DNA of 63,736 nucleotides, the filler included, from Halocafeteria seosinensis (taxonomy: Eukaryota), in assembly GCA_001687465.1 (NCBI GenBank). It is 5 parts of 5 records of this genome, joined end to end, with 100 filler letters (N's around TTAATTAATTAA, not from the genome) between each part and the next. Parts side by side here need not be neighbours in the genome. Positions count along the whole stretch, not along the records: positions 1 to 17,435 come from LVLI01000076.1; positions 17,536 to 27,472 come from LVLI01000077.1; 3 more parts are not named here. One strand, written 5' to 3'. Made by a program: the position numbers and the translations under genes. Below, one piece after another: positions 11,102-22,141 of this stretch (positions are counted from its first letter, which is position 1; every line of letters starts with the position of its first letter). The notes below the pieces were generated by a model, which saw only the letters and a list, made by a program, of their open reading frames with translations, was not told where the DNA came from and made no database searches.

Positions 11102-12403
11102 CTATTTGACCACACGCTTATGAATGGTATAGATATAAATGTTATGAGGAGAAGTTATATTACTACTCAAATTTAGTGAAATTTCCAATTGAGAACCTCC
11201 AGAAGTAGTAGATAAAGCATTGTTTAAGACTTCGGGATTAACGTGGGGGAGTAATTCGGTATTTACGCATAAAGGAGTATGAGTATTTTTGAAAGTATCG
11301 TAATCTAGGAGACCATTTCCTCCAATATCTGTAAGGAAGCCATATAATTTTCTGTAATTACTATAAGCTTCTTCTAAACCTTGAATACCATCTCTAGTTC
11401 CTAAATCAGTAGAATTAAACCTAACATTATAACTTTCTAGATTAGGAAGATTACATTTAGTGATATTATCAGTGTCTTTATCATCTTGTTTAGGAAATAC
11501 CAACATACAAATACCTTGCAAATTAGAATACTGGACTTGAAGAGTTAAGTTAAATTCTTTCTGATTTTGAGGAAGAGTCCTTTGAAAAACGTCAGCTGCA
11601 CTATCCAAAACAAAACTCAAACCAGTAGGATTATTAGCCATTCTATCATAATATCCTTTAACAATATCATTAGAAGGAAAAACCCATTCCGCCATAAATT
11701 CAACATCTACTAGTTCATAATCAACCGTATCACCTCCTGCTGTGGTTCCTGCTCCGGAAGGTTCCATTACTTTAATAGCTTGGGGCAGCTTATACCTTAT
11801 TTCAATAGGAAAATAAGCAGGCATATACATAGAACCTCTAAAAAAGGCCGTATTATCTAATGGAACAGTCATATTAACAGGTGTTGGATTACTTTGGGTG
11901 TCTTTGTTAGTGAGTAAATCTTTAGTGACTGTATTGCCAGAGCCTAAATATTTCCAGGACTTTTGTAAAGCATTTAGCTCTGCATCGTAATGATTTTGAG
12001 CAGCTGTTCCTAAATATAAATGCTCACCATAACGTGCTCCTTGCTCTGCTTTTTCTATAATCTGGTCTCCCATCATAATTTCTACATCATCATTAAAAAC
12101 CATCCCACCATCAGATGGAATGTATTTGAATTTTCCAGGATTGTTGCCATCGTCTGAACTTTTATTCTTAAATTTAAATCTTAAATATGAATTATGCCTA
12201 TCTAAAAATGCAGTTGAAGATTGTAAATTGAATTGAATTTCATCCCCCGGTCTATATGGTCCTTTTCCATTAATAGGAATACGATTTCTAGCTTCCCTAG
12301 AATTCAAACTATCTAATATCTTAACATTAGAAGGTTGAAGACGGTTATCAAAATGATATTGGGTTGTGCGTTCACTTTGTAATTGTGTTTCTGATGAAGC
12401 CAT
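11102..12403 (-). CDS. PLV-type double jelly-roll major capsid protein; true stop probably at 11073 after a 1-nt frameshift
   Basis: N-terminal PINGKGPYRPGDEIQFNL..AFLDRHNSYLRFKF pattern, size, and position between penton and lipase; adding one A gives the C-terminus KRVVKIAERVVSVGI*. Confidence 0.8.
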   Translation of the reverse strand: MASSETQLQSERTTQYHFDNRLQPSNVKILDSLNSREARNRIPINGKGPYRPGDEIQFNLQSSTAFLDRHNSYLRFKFKNKSSDDGNNPGKFKYIPSDGGMVFNDDVEIMMGDQIIEKAEQGARYGEHLYLGTAAQNHYDAELNALQKSWKYLGSGNTVTKDLLTNKDTQSNPTPVNMTVPLDNTAFFRGSMYMPAYFPIEIRYKLPQAIKVMEPSGAGTTAGGDTVDYELVDVEFMAEWVFPSNDIVKGYYDRMANNPTGLSFVLDSAADVFQRTLPQNQKEFNLTLQVQYSNLQGICMLVFPKQDDKDTDNITKCNLPNLESYNVRFNSTDLGTRDGIQGLEEAYSNYRKLYGFLTDIGGNGLLDYDTFKNTHTPLCVNTELLPHVNPEVLNNALSTTSGGSQLEISLNLSSNITSPHNIYIYTIHKRVVK

Positions 12404-12477
12404 AGTTTATTATATATTTTAAATAGAAAAAAATATATAATTTATATTCTTCAAAAAACCAAGCTAATCTATATTAT

Positions 12478-12714
12478 TCACCCAAAACCACTTCTATCTA
12501 AAGTTGAACTTATATTGTCTCCTGCTTGAATTAATCTATCTGCTCCAGTTCTTCTTTCTAGTTCATTAACTGCTTGTCCTACAACTGGAATGTCTTTAAT
12601 TTCATCTAATTTCTTCCTTCCCGCTTTCCAAGCGGTGTTTAAACCTCTACCTGCTTTTTTAGCTAAACTGCCTATCTTTCTACCTGCTTTGTTAATATAC
12701 GTTTTTAACGACAT
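12478..12714 (-). CDS. Small basic amphipathic protein (candidate virion core or membrane-active peptide)
   Basis: 78-aa K/R/G-rich ORF with upstream TCTA-N7-TATATA. Confidence 0.65.
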   Translation of the reverse strand: MSLKTYINKAGRKIGSLAKKAGRGLNTAWKAGRKKLDEIKDIPVVGQAVNELERRTGADRLIQAGDNISSTLDRSGFG

Positions 12715-12793
12715 TGTTTTAACTTATATATTTATTGTAGATAATTATATAATTTCTTATAATTTTTATTAGATAATAACAAAAATTATAACT

Positions 12794-13006
12794 TTAATCT
12801 GCTTTTTCTAGTTCATAAGTTTCTTTATGTCTTTCATAATTATTAATCATTGCTTTCATTTGCTCTTCTGGTATACCTAAAGGTTTAGGTAATCTATCAA
12901 TTATTTCACTATGTTTCTTCTCTAGTTCATTATGGTTTCGTATCATTGCATTATAATCTTTAACCTTATCATTTCTTCCCTTTTTACTTCGTTTGTGTTT
13001 TCCCAT
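12794..13006 (-). CDS. Small basic hypothetical PLV protein
   Basis: 70-aa ATG ORF with upstream TCTA-N8-TATATA. Confidence 0.6.
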   Translation of the reverse strand: MGKHKRSKKGRNDKVKDYNAMIRNHNELEKKHSEIIDRLPKPLGIPEEQMKAMINNYERHKETYELEKAD

Positions 13007-13050
13007 ACTCCTATATACTATATGTTAGAAAAATTATTTTGAAAAATAAA

Positions 13051-13268
13051 TTAACTAGTTTTATAAAATTCGAATTCCAAAATTACATTGCCTCCATTGA
13101 GGGATACAATTCTATAATGTTCATCTCGTATTTCTATATCAAAATTATCTATCAATCCATTGTTTATTTCAAACCAAATCATATCATCGTGAGGGAAATT
13201 ATCATTAATAATATCCCCAAAACCCACTCTATTAAGGGCTGTATAAATAATGGGCACCGATTTTTTAA
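13051..13268 (-). pseudogene. C-terminal fragment of PLV minor capsid (penton) protein
   Basis: IDNFDIEIRDEHYRIVSLNGGNVILEFEF resembles single jelly-roll penton C-termini; the 5' part is replaced by GC-rich hairpins. Confidence 0.65.
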
Positions 13269-13344
13269 CCGGGGTTGACACCCCGGCCGGGCTTCAAGCC
13301 CGGATCGCCGGCCCGGGCTCCCTTCCCGGGCGACCTGCTGCAGG
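13269..13344. repeat. GC-rich cluster of tandem hairpins
   Basis: ccggggt-tgac-accccgg, ccgggctt-c-aagcccgg, gcccggg-ctccctt-cccgggc, cctg-ctg-cagg. Confidence 0.9.
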
Positions 13345-13700
13345 TACACTGCTACTACAGCTACTTTCATCAATTATATAGGGTTATATTCCCTAGGATA
13401 CCTTATTCATAAAATGGTGAATGGAAGGAAGAATGTCGTGCCGAAGTTTTAGTATTCATGAGACAGCGTCTTTGGTGTATGCCAGACGGATTCGGCCGGT
13501 GGAGTGCGCGCATGGAGGGTTGGATCTCTGTTACATACGAAATATTTGGTGTTGAAGGGGAACCTATGCCGGTGAAAGTGAATCGACTGCATAGAAGGTG
13601 GGTGACTCGTCGACCAGGTTGGGAAGTGCCCATGAGGAGTGGTGTACAAACTGAAGCACCGGGAGTCTGGAGGATCTTTGTTATAGTTAGAGATACAGGA

Positions 13701-15735
13701 ACTACTATTGAACTATTTGGAGCTTGCGATGATATGTGAAGGCGAGCAGAAGAAGAACGGCATATGGAGAAACTCGGCAGGTTTAATTTCGTAACTCTTT
13801 CGCGGTTACTCAACCCGAAGCCAACGAAAGGATCCTCATTGTAAATACGGAACCTTTGGAATACAATGGAATGTGAGCTATCGATTCCTAGGGGCAGAGA
13901 ATACCGGGTGAGTCTCGCTCACCGAATCCGTAGCCTCTTCGTTATGGACATACCCTGGGGTTGGTAGATAAATAAATCACGGAACCGATTGGGAATGATA
14001 ATGCACCGCTAAGCTCAGCAACTACAGTTCAGAATACCATTGACTATAGCCTGGAGGATCGGGAATATGGAGAGAGTATTTGTGCGCACCCAGGGGGACG
14101 TCAACGCTACTAAGTTAGTGTAACATACCCTCGCACTAATTGGACCCAAGAAGAATCAAGCTTGGGAAATATGCCCTGGGATTGCTGTACTTCCATTCGA
14201 TGTCTGACGATTATTCCTTGATATTCTGAGCATAATAAGGAGGACGACTACTATTGAACTATTTGGAGCTTGCGATGATATGTGAAGGCGAGCAGAAGAA
14301 GAACGGCATATGGAGAAACTCGGCAGGTTTAATTTCGTAACTCTTTCGCGGTTACTCAACCCGAAGCCAACGAAAGGATCCTCATTGTAAATACGGATCC
14401 TTTGGAATACAATGGAATGTGAGCTATCGATTCCTAGGGGCAGAGAATACCGGGTGAGTCTCGCTCACCGAATCCGTAGCCTCTTCGTTATGGACATACC
14501 CTGGGGATGGTAGGTAAATAAATCACGGAACCGATTGGGAATGATAATGCACCGCTAAGCTCAGCAACTACAGTTCAGAATACCATTGACTCGATAGCCT
14601 GGAGGATCGGGAATATGGAGAGAGTATTTGTGCGCACCGAGGGGGATGTCAACGCTACTAAGTTAGTGTAACATACCCTGCGCACCAATTGGATCCAAGA
14701 AGAATCAAGCTTGGGAATATGCCCTGGAATTGGTATACTTCCATTTGATGTCTGACGATTATTCCTTGAAATTCTCAGATAGAAAAACAAGAGAGCGTTT
14801 AGGACCGAATGTGAGCTAACGATTCCTGGTAGTTGGGAAATAAGCTTTCCGAGTGTTCCTCCTCCACCGACTCTGTAGCCTCTTCGTTATGGATATGCCT
14901 TCGGGTTGGTAGACTAATAAGTCACGGAACCGCTTGGGAATGCACCGGTAAACTCAGCAGCTGCAGTTTAATATATTATCAACTAGAGGATGTCAACATT
15001 CCTTCGTTAGGGTAGCATACCCTCGCACATATTGGATCCAAGAAGAATCAAGCTTGGGATATATGCCCTGGGATTGGTATACTTCCAGTTCCGTATACCA
15101 TTGACTCAATAGCGGAAGGGGATGTCAACTCTCGTTTGTTAGGGTAGCATACCCTCGCACTTATTGGATCCAAGAAGAATGAAGCTTGGGAAATACGCCC
15201 TGGGATTGGTATACTTTCATTTGATGTCTGACGATTACTCGTTGATATCCTGAGCAACAAAATAAATAATAAGAGAGTGTTTAGGACCGACTGTGAGCTA
15301 TTGAATCGTTTTAGTTGGACAAATAAATCACGGGACCGATTGGGAATGCACCGCTAAGCTGAGCAACTGCAATTCAGTATACCATTGACTAGGGGATGTC
15401 TACTCTCGTTCGTTAGGGTAGCCACCCCTCGCACTAATTGGATCCAAGAAGAATCAAAGTCGGGAAATATATTGTGCAGGAGATTTCGAATGAGTCTCGG
15501 CCACCGACTACGTAGTCTCTTCGTTATGGATACACCGTGGGATTGGTATACTTCCATTTGATATCTGACGATTATTCGTTGAAATTTTTAGCAACAAAGG
15601 AAGAGAGCGTTTAGGACCGAATGTGAGCTAACGATTCCTGGTAGTTGGGAAATAAGCTGTGCAGCAAATTCCGGTCGAGGCTCGTCCACCGACTGCATAC
15701 CCTCTTCGTTATGGATATGCCTTGGGATTAGTTAC
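13701..15735. repeat. Complex satellite: 546-bp duplication followed by shorter shuffled, diverged modules
   Basis: actactattgaactatttggagc at 13701 and 14247; modules ttggatccaagaagaatcaag and ctcttcgttatgga each recur five times. Confidence 0.9.
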
Positions 15736-15740
15736 ATACT

Positions 15741-16088
15741 ATGCTTGAACGAAAGAAAGAAGTGATCGACACCCTAATTGGATTCGTCGAATCTGAATTA
15801 ACTAGAAGACGAAGATCAGATGAAGATGGAAGGTTTCGGGTAGCAATTAGTCCTTTTCGGGAACCTCGCGGGTGGATTTGTCGGTTTCAGAAAGACCAAA
15901 ATATTCGGGACCAGCTCCGAAGACTTCCGTTTGTCATTAGGCAGGCAGCGTATACTGGTTTCAGAGCATGTCTAGCGTACTGGAACACAGAAGAGCATTT
16001 TGATTTAGTAACAAGAGCTGTTGTGCGTTACTTGAGAAAGCAAGGGTACCGAAAAGCTGCCAACTATCTTAAGAGGAATCCGTTCTAA
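15741..16088 (+). CDS. Hypothetical basic protein (115 aa)
   Basis: Clean ATG ORF right after the satellite; no recognised motif. Confidence 0.4.
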   Translation: MLERKKEVIDTLIGFVESELTRRRRSDEDGRFRVAISPFREPRGWICRFQKDQNIRDQLRRLPFVIRQAAYTGFRACLAYWNTEEHFDLVTRAVVRYLRKQGYRKAANYLKRNPF

Positions 16089-17208
16089 GATATAAAATGG
16101 CGAAAAACGGTCGGTAAAAGCAATACTAATACCACGCTCTCGTTCCTAGACCAAGATGCGATTTTGGCTGGCACGACAGTAAGTACGTTAATTGTAGCGT
16201 GGTATCCTTTACACGCACGCGTGTATAATAAAGGAGCGCATCCTTACATGTAATTTGCCCTTTAATTGCTGTCCATTTCGGCATTTAGAATGACTTTGGA
16301 CTCTCCTGATGCAGACCGTGTGGGGCTGCGCCGAACGAATCAATTCACTGGGACAAGTTCATGCATCACGAATGATTGAATCATGGGACTTCTGGCAGAG
16401 TCGATGTAAACAAGTGTTTGCTTTGCTCTCCATTCCGTGGTACTTTGTGGATACTATTAACGCCACGTGACCGAGGCGAGTCGCCGAGAGCCCATGGACA
16501 CCACCGCCGCCGGGTTTGACTCGTGGTATAACGAGTTTCAAGAAACGCATCTTGGGAACATTAAGGAGATATCCATCTCTCAGGTAACAAGGAAACTGCT
16601 GAAAACAACGGAGCTGCAAAACGAGGAAATCTTCCGGAGCATACCGGATCAATATAAGCGGCCACGGGCGCGCATTTCTGGTTCTGCCGGAGAACAACGT
16701 CGCTTCAATAACGAAGACTTGTCAGCACCCCATAATGCCATCCACTCAATCCCCGACTCGTTATTGCTCGGGCAAGCAAGCGGAACCGAAACGTCAAATC
16801 CCAGGACGTCCTCCAGGCGATTTCGTGACCGAAACGACTGTAAAGCATCTGCAGCATGTAGACAATTATGTACCGTGTTGCCCGTTGCGAGGACCAAGAG
16901 GAAATCCTCGGAGAGTTGGGCATCATTGAACGGCAGACACAGGTACTGGTAGAGAAAGCCCGAAATCGTTCCCAAACACGTACGAGGAGGAGGCAATCAT
17001 GTATAGTTGACCCCTACCCGAGTGAACAGGGACGTAGCGCCAGTAGCACCGCTCGTTGTCCTTTGGCTGTTTCAGAATCCTTGGCTTTTACAGATGCCGC
17101 GTACGTCGTTGGAAGTGATACTCCACAAGGGCATCCTACGTCGGAGTATTGTGATACTCGTACAGATCCAGATATTCACGTAACCAGCGAGTCGCTAAGC
17201 AGCGACCC

Positions 17209-17406
17209 GCAGCACCGTTCTGCCCATGGTGAAGGCGAAGCTACGGGCACAGTTCGGGATTGTTATACCACTCTCAGTCATAATAACTCAGTAAATAATA
17301 GAAGCCGTCCACAGCGCCGTTCTGCCCATGGTGAAGGCGAGCGTACGGGTACAGATCGGGAGTGTTATCCCACTCTCAGTCATAACAACTCAGTAAATAA
17401 TGGAAG
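17209..17406. repeat. Two imperfect 102-bp tandem copies
   Basis: ccgttctgcccatggtgaaggcga...cactctcagtcataa repeated in frame within ORF 16868-17435. Confidence 0.85.
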
Positions 17407-17435
17407 TCGTGCTACTCTTAGGAAGAGTACTGGAT

Positions 17436-17535
17436 NNNNNNNNNNNNNNNNNNNNNNNNNNNNNNNNNNNNNNNNNNNNTTAATTAATTAANNNNNNNNN
17501 NNNNNNNNNNNNNNNNNNNNNNNNNNNNNNNNNNN
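17436..17535. other. Artificial contig linker
   Basis: N-run containing TTAATTAATTAA (stops in all six frames), 100 nt. Confidence 0.97.
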
Positions 17536-18417
17536 ACAGGTTCAGAGTCTTTCGTTCGCCATTGTAAAGTGTCCTTCCACTAGAGAGTGATTCCATAATC
17601 CGTTGTTCATCCGAATTCAAGGCTAACCGATCCCGTCCCCCCGGTATGTATCGTGAACCATTATAGTGCGAGTTTATATATCCACCCTCGAAAATATCGG
17701 TAAAAGACTGCAGTGAGTGATAAAACTCTTCCGACCGTTCCTGAGCTTCCTGGTTAGACAGGTAAGCAGCCTGACCATTGCCTCCATTGGCTGCACTGTT
17801 GTTGTTACTTGCTTCCGCTGTATTGGAAAACGACGCGACTCTTCCGTGATGGTAGCACTTCCTCTGTACCGTCAATGAGCTATTTGCTTCAAAACTTCGC
17901 CCTCTTCCATATCCTTCTAGAAAGGCACTTGCTTGCCTCGCCTTGGCCATGCGGTAGCGTAGACACCTCATGCTGTCTGGGTAATAATGATGTAATACAG
18001 TTCCTACTGTGGTTTGCCGGGGTCCCTGTAAGGCATACTTTAGCATTTTTTCATGTTTTCTTCTTCTTCAAAAGATCATTCATGCGTTCAATGCTCAACA
18101 CACTACTGATTCAACAAGTCGAAACGTTGTGTGTCATCAATAATACCTCCTGTAGGCCGTGCATACATATAAAGCTGACGTCAAAAAAGTGTCAGTCGTA
18201 CTTCAACAAGGTAAACAATTCGTTGCCTTTGGTGGACCTAGTGAGCTTCACAAAGCAAAAGCACCACTTCATTCTAGCGCTGTGTGTATTCTAGCGCTTG
18301 TATAAAGCAGTTTGTGCAGATGTGATGGGTTATAGGAGTACCCAGACTCCTGCGTTTATCCCTACCTTTTAGGATGTTTACCTCATTGGAAGAAGAGTAC
18401 TTGCTGGCCTTGAAAAC

Positions 18418-20995
18418 ATGGGACGCCATGGGGCTACCTTCAATGAGGTTATGGAGGAGCCCACAAGAGCCATGGGGTACAAGAAGTTCCTCCAGATTCT
18501 CAAGCCGTACTTCGCGCCCCGAAACGTGTCGGATCGTATCCGAGCGTTTGCGTGCTTTGCATGCTTGGGAGCGGCTAAAGTCTGCAGCATTATGGGACCA
18601 GTTTACTTGGGGAATGCCACTGACGAATTAGCAGCGGGAACATTCCCTGCCACTTCCCTAATACTATTTTCTGGGCTGATATTTGGATCGAAAGGCTTCA
18701 ACGAGTTACAGCGGATTATTTACCTGAGAGTAAAAGAAGTGGCAGGTGTCGAATTGGCGGAAACAGTAAGTCACAACAAGTTGGTCCTCGTCAATGGTGA
18801 TGTTAGTGCCTCATGTTTCACTACTCTCCGCAGTCTTTTGCTCATGTGCAAACCTTAAGTTTGAATTGGCATCTAACAAAGAAGTCTGGTGTTGTTTTAC
18901 GAGCCATGGATCGTGGGGTACAAAGCGCGTCTACGGTGGTAGATATGCTATTTCTTCGACTCGTGCCTACCGTCGTCGAGTTGCTCGTACTTGTAGTGAT
19001 CTTCGCCACGGTATTAAATGCTCCGTGGCCGTCTTTGTCGCTCTTTATAGGGTTTAATTTTTTTGCGGTAGTTACATACTTGTTGACCAGATGGCGGCGA
19101 AAGATCAAGACCCGCCGGAATCGCGTAGGTACGTTTGCGCACTCAGCTCTTCGTTCCTATCTGCGGAACATAACCAGCTATGTCACTCATCGCAGATAAT
19201 GAAGCGAATCAGAGAGCCATGGAGGCGTTAACTAACTTTGAAACTGTCAAGTATTTCACAAATGAAAACTACGAGTTGGACCGGTATTCTGATTCGATGA
19301 GGAGGTATATGAGAGCGAGCAAGCAAGCTGAAGTAAGAAGCAAATAGTTGGCTGTTAGACTACATGGATTGCATTGACGCTTCTATTTTCATTGGAAGCG
19401 ATTACAGTATTCTCTTGGTTCGCTCCATATCCTCCAAGAGCTCATCATGAAACTAACTCAATTGAGTGTATTACTGCTTGCTGCTCGCCAAGTCCTAGAT
19501 GGCCCAACTACGGTTGGTGACTTTGTCACCATTAACTCGTACGTTGTGCAAGTATTTATCCCCTTGAGTTTCCTCGGAACAATCTACGGGTACGTTGGTT
19601 CGCGGTGGTATTGTCCATGAAATTATTTTCCGGGGAACGTTACCGTACATGCTCACTTTTGGATGCGTCAGCGTATTGATCAATTCTTACACCGACATGA
19701 CGAATCTCGCTGACTTGTTGGAAGAGAAACCTGACGTGACAGATAAGCCAGATGCGATTAACTTTTACGTGAATCCTTCGAAAGGGGCAGAAATAGAATT
19801 CAAAGACGTTTGGTTCAAGTACCCCCAAACAGTGCGTTATATTCGTTCGTCAAAGTGTTTCGTACAGTCCTTTTGACTGGGTGTATCAATGGGACACAGA
19901 GAGGCACCATCGTGGATACTCGAGACGAATACAGAGAGGGAGAAGATTTGGAAGGGCAGCGCGAGAGTATTGGAAAGAGTGAACCAAGCAAGTCGAATAG
20001 TGCAAAGGGGAAGACTGAGCTAGAAACAGCTCCCTTGTCCAAGAACATCGAAGTGAAGGTGGGAGAAGAGGAGGAACCCGAAGAGCGTTATGTCCTGAAA
20101 GGTATCAGTTTCAAGATCCCTCCTGGTACGACAACTGCTGTTGTTGGACAAACAGGTTCGTATCGTTTCTGATTGTGTGACGTACTCTTGTTTCTTCCCT
20201 TCGTAGCGACATCTGTCTCTCCTTCAGGTGCGGGCAAGTCCACATTATCGCGTCTTCTTTTCCGCTTTTTTGATGTTTCTCAAGGCCAAGTACTAATTAA
20301 TGGATACGACCTTCGAGACCTTACTCAAAAGAGTTTGAGGCAATCTCTGGGTATCGTCCCCCAGGATACCACATTATTTAACGATACTATGGGTAGGTGG
20401 CGCTTTAAGCTGGTGTTGGATTCGTCAACGCAAAGAAGAATGTTGCTTTCCCCTGTGTCCAGAATACAATCTTCGATACGGAAAACCAGAAGCCTCCGAA
20501 GAAGAGTTAGAGAAGGCTGTTTCCGACGCATCTCTTACTGAATTGATTCGACAGCTCCCGGAAGGATATGAGAGCCTGGTAGGGGAGAGAGGCCTTAAAC
20601 TAAGTGGTGGAGAAAAACAGCGTGTGGCCATTGCACGAACATTGCTAAAGGATCCTCCAGTTCTAATTCTTGACGAAGCGACTTCTTCACTCGACTCACG
20701 GACAGAAGCGGAAATCCAAGATGCAATTGCTAAGGTGCGAAGTGGACGCACAGTTTTGATTATTGGCCACAGGTTATCAACTATAGAAGACGCTGATAAT
20801 ATTTTGGTCCTAGACGAAGGCAAGGTCGTAGAGAGTGGAAATCACGAGCAACTTCTGGAGAAGAGGGGATACTATTGCTCACTATGGGAGCAACAGGTTT
20901 ATGGAAAGCAACAGAAAGACACAAACGCTGATGATGACGACCAAGAGAATGCCACCGTGAATGCCAACCACCACACCGAAAATGGCAGACTTTGA
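18418..20995 (+). CDS. ABCB half transporter, ATM1/HMT1 (ABCB6/7)-like, copy 1, multi-exon
   Basis: TMD motifs ([20 protein letters not shown]), intron-split Walker [37 protein letters not shown] introns. Confidence 0.92.
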
Positions 20996-22141
20996 ATGAA
21001 AATGAGACTTCCTATTTGAATTTCCCTCGGTTCCTGATGATCATGATGGGGAAAGCGTTTCTCTGGCTACTGGCTCTGGAAGCTGCTTCTTTTTCTTTCT
21101 CCACTCTTGACCTTCCAATGGTCCAGTTTCAGTCCCATCAGCGTCCCGCCTAACATGCTTGGCGCTTGAATGAAAGAGAGCGATGCTGCTTCCTGTAGGA
21201 TTTCCCTCGTTTCTGGACCTAGTTTGTATCTAGAGATACGTACAAGTGACGTATCATTAGCCATGTAAGACTTCATCACATATTCCTCAAGGAATAATGT
21301 CCGTTCAATTTATTTATCCCACGAAGAACTCCCTTTTTGTTAGGTATCTTAACTTCCGCTCGTTCCTGCCAAAGGAGGGGAATTGGTCAAAGTTCACACT
21401 ATATCCGTAGAATCACTGCGTAGGATGCTTCCAAGTCGTCTGGTGCGCAGGCATTACAAGTTGTACAAGAGATAAATAGACCGAATTTTTGGATTATGTT
21501 ACTCGTTTGTGTATTTATTTTATTAAAAGCAACACGGTTCGTTTTTGACCCAGAGGTTAGGACTTCAGCACTATACATACATGTAGATGTACAGACTGTA
21601 ACACCGATGGAGTGCTCATAATTGAAACGGAGCTCAAAGCACGGGAAATGCTGTAGAAGTCCAGTGAGTGACTATAGTTCCAGACAGTGTTACCATCTGT
21701 ACATGTGCATGTGAGCGACCGTACCGCTACCACGTGACACGTTAGTTGCCTGAACACCACCAGTGGTACAAACTCCAATAACTCCAAGTCGCTATGGTAA
21801 ACGATACGTGTGACTATTGGAGAGAGAGCATTACGGGAAATGTACTACCACGAGCGCGTAACTCCAGCTCTACCGGGTGCTGGGACCTCAGAGGTCCACG
21901 TCGCCAACCTCGAACGAACTTCGCTCAGAGTGAGCGAAATGTTTGCCCGGTTGGAGGTGTAGGTGTTACTTGGTACGTGTTTCTAATTGGCATTGATTCA
22001 TTTGTCATCCTAATGATAACTTATATAAGCAGTTTGTGCAGAGTGGATGGGTTTTAGGACTCCTGCGTTTATCCCTACCTTTTGGTATGTTCAAGTAGAA
22101 ATTACTTCATTCGAAGAAGAGTACTTGCTGGCCTTGAAAAC

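Larger units (their letters stand above)
6306..13344 (-). mobile_element. Endogenous Polinton-like virus (partial; morphogenesis module)
   Basis: Abrupt shift to very AT-rich, intronless, co-oriented genes: packaging ATPase, lipase, PLV-type major capsid, penton C-terminus; hairpins at both edges. Confidence 0.85.

Noticed and set aside
13701..15735. Possible CRISPR-like array, or long ORF under an alternative genetic code
   Set aside because: No constant repeat with unique spacers; the 182-codon unit has six stops of all three types, so no single reassignment opens it
17436..17535. TTAATTAATTAA palindrome within N-runs (four occurrences)
   Set aside because: Artificial six-frame-stop linker; ORFs running into it and adjacency across it are not biological
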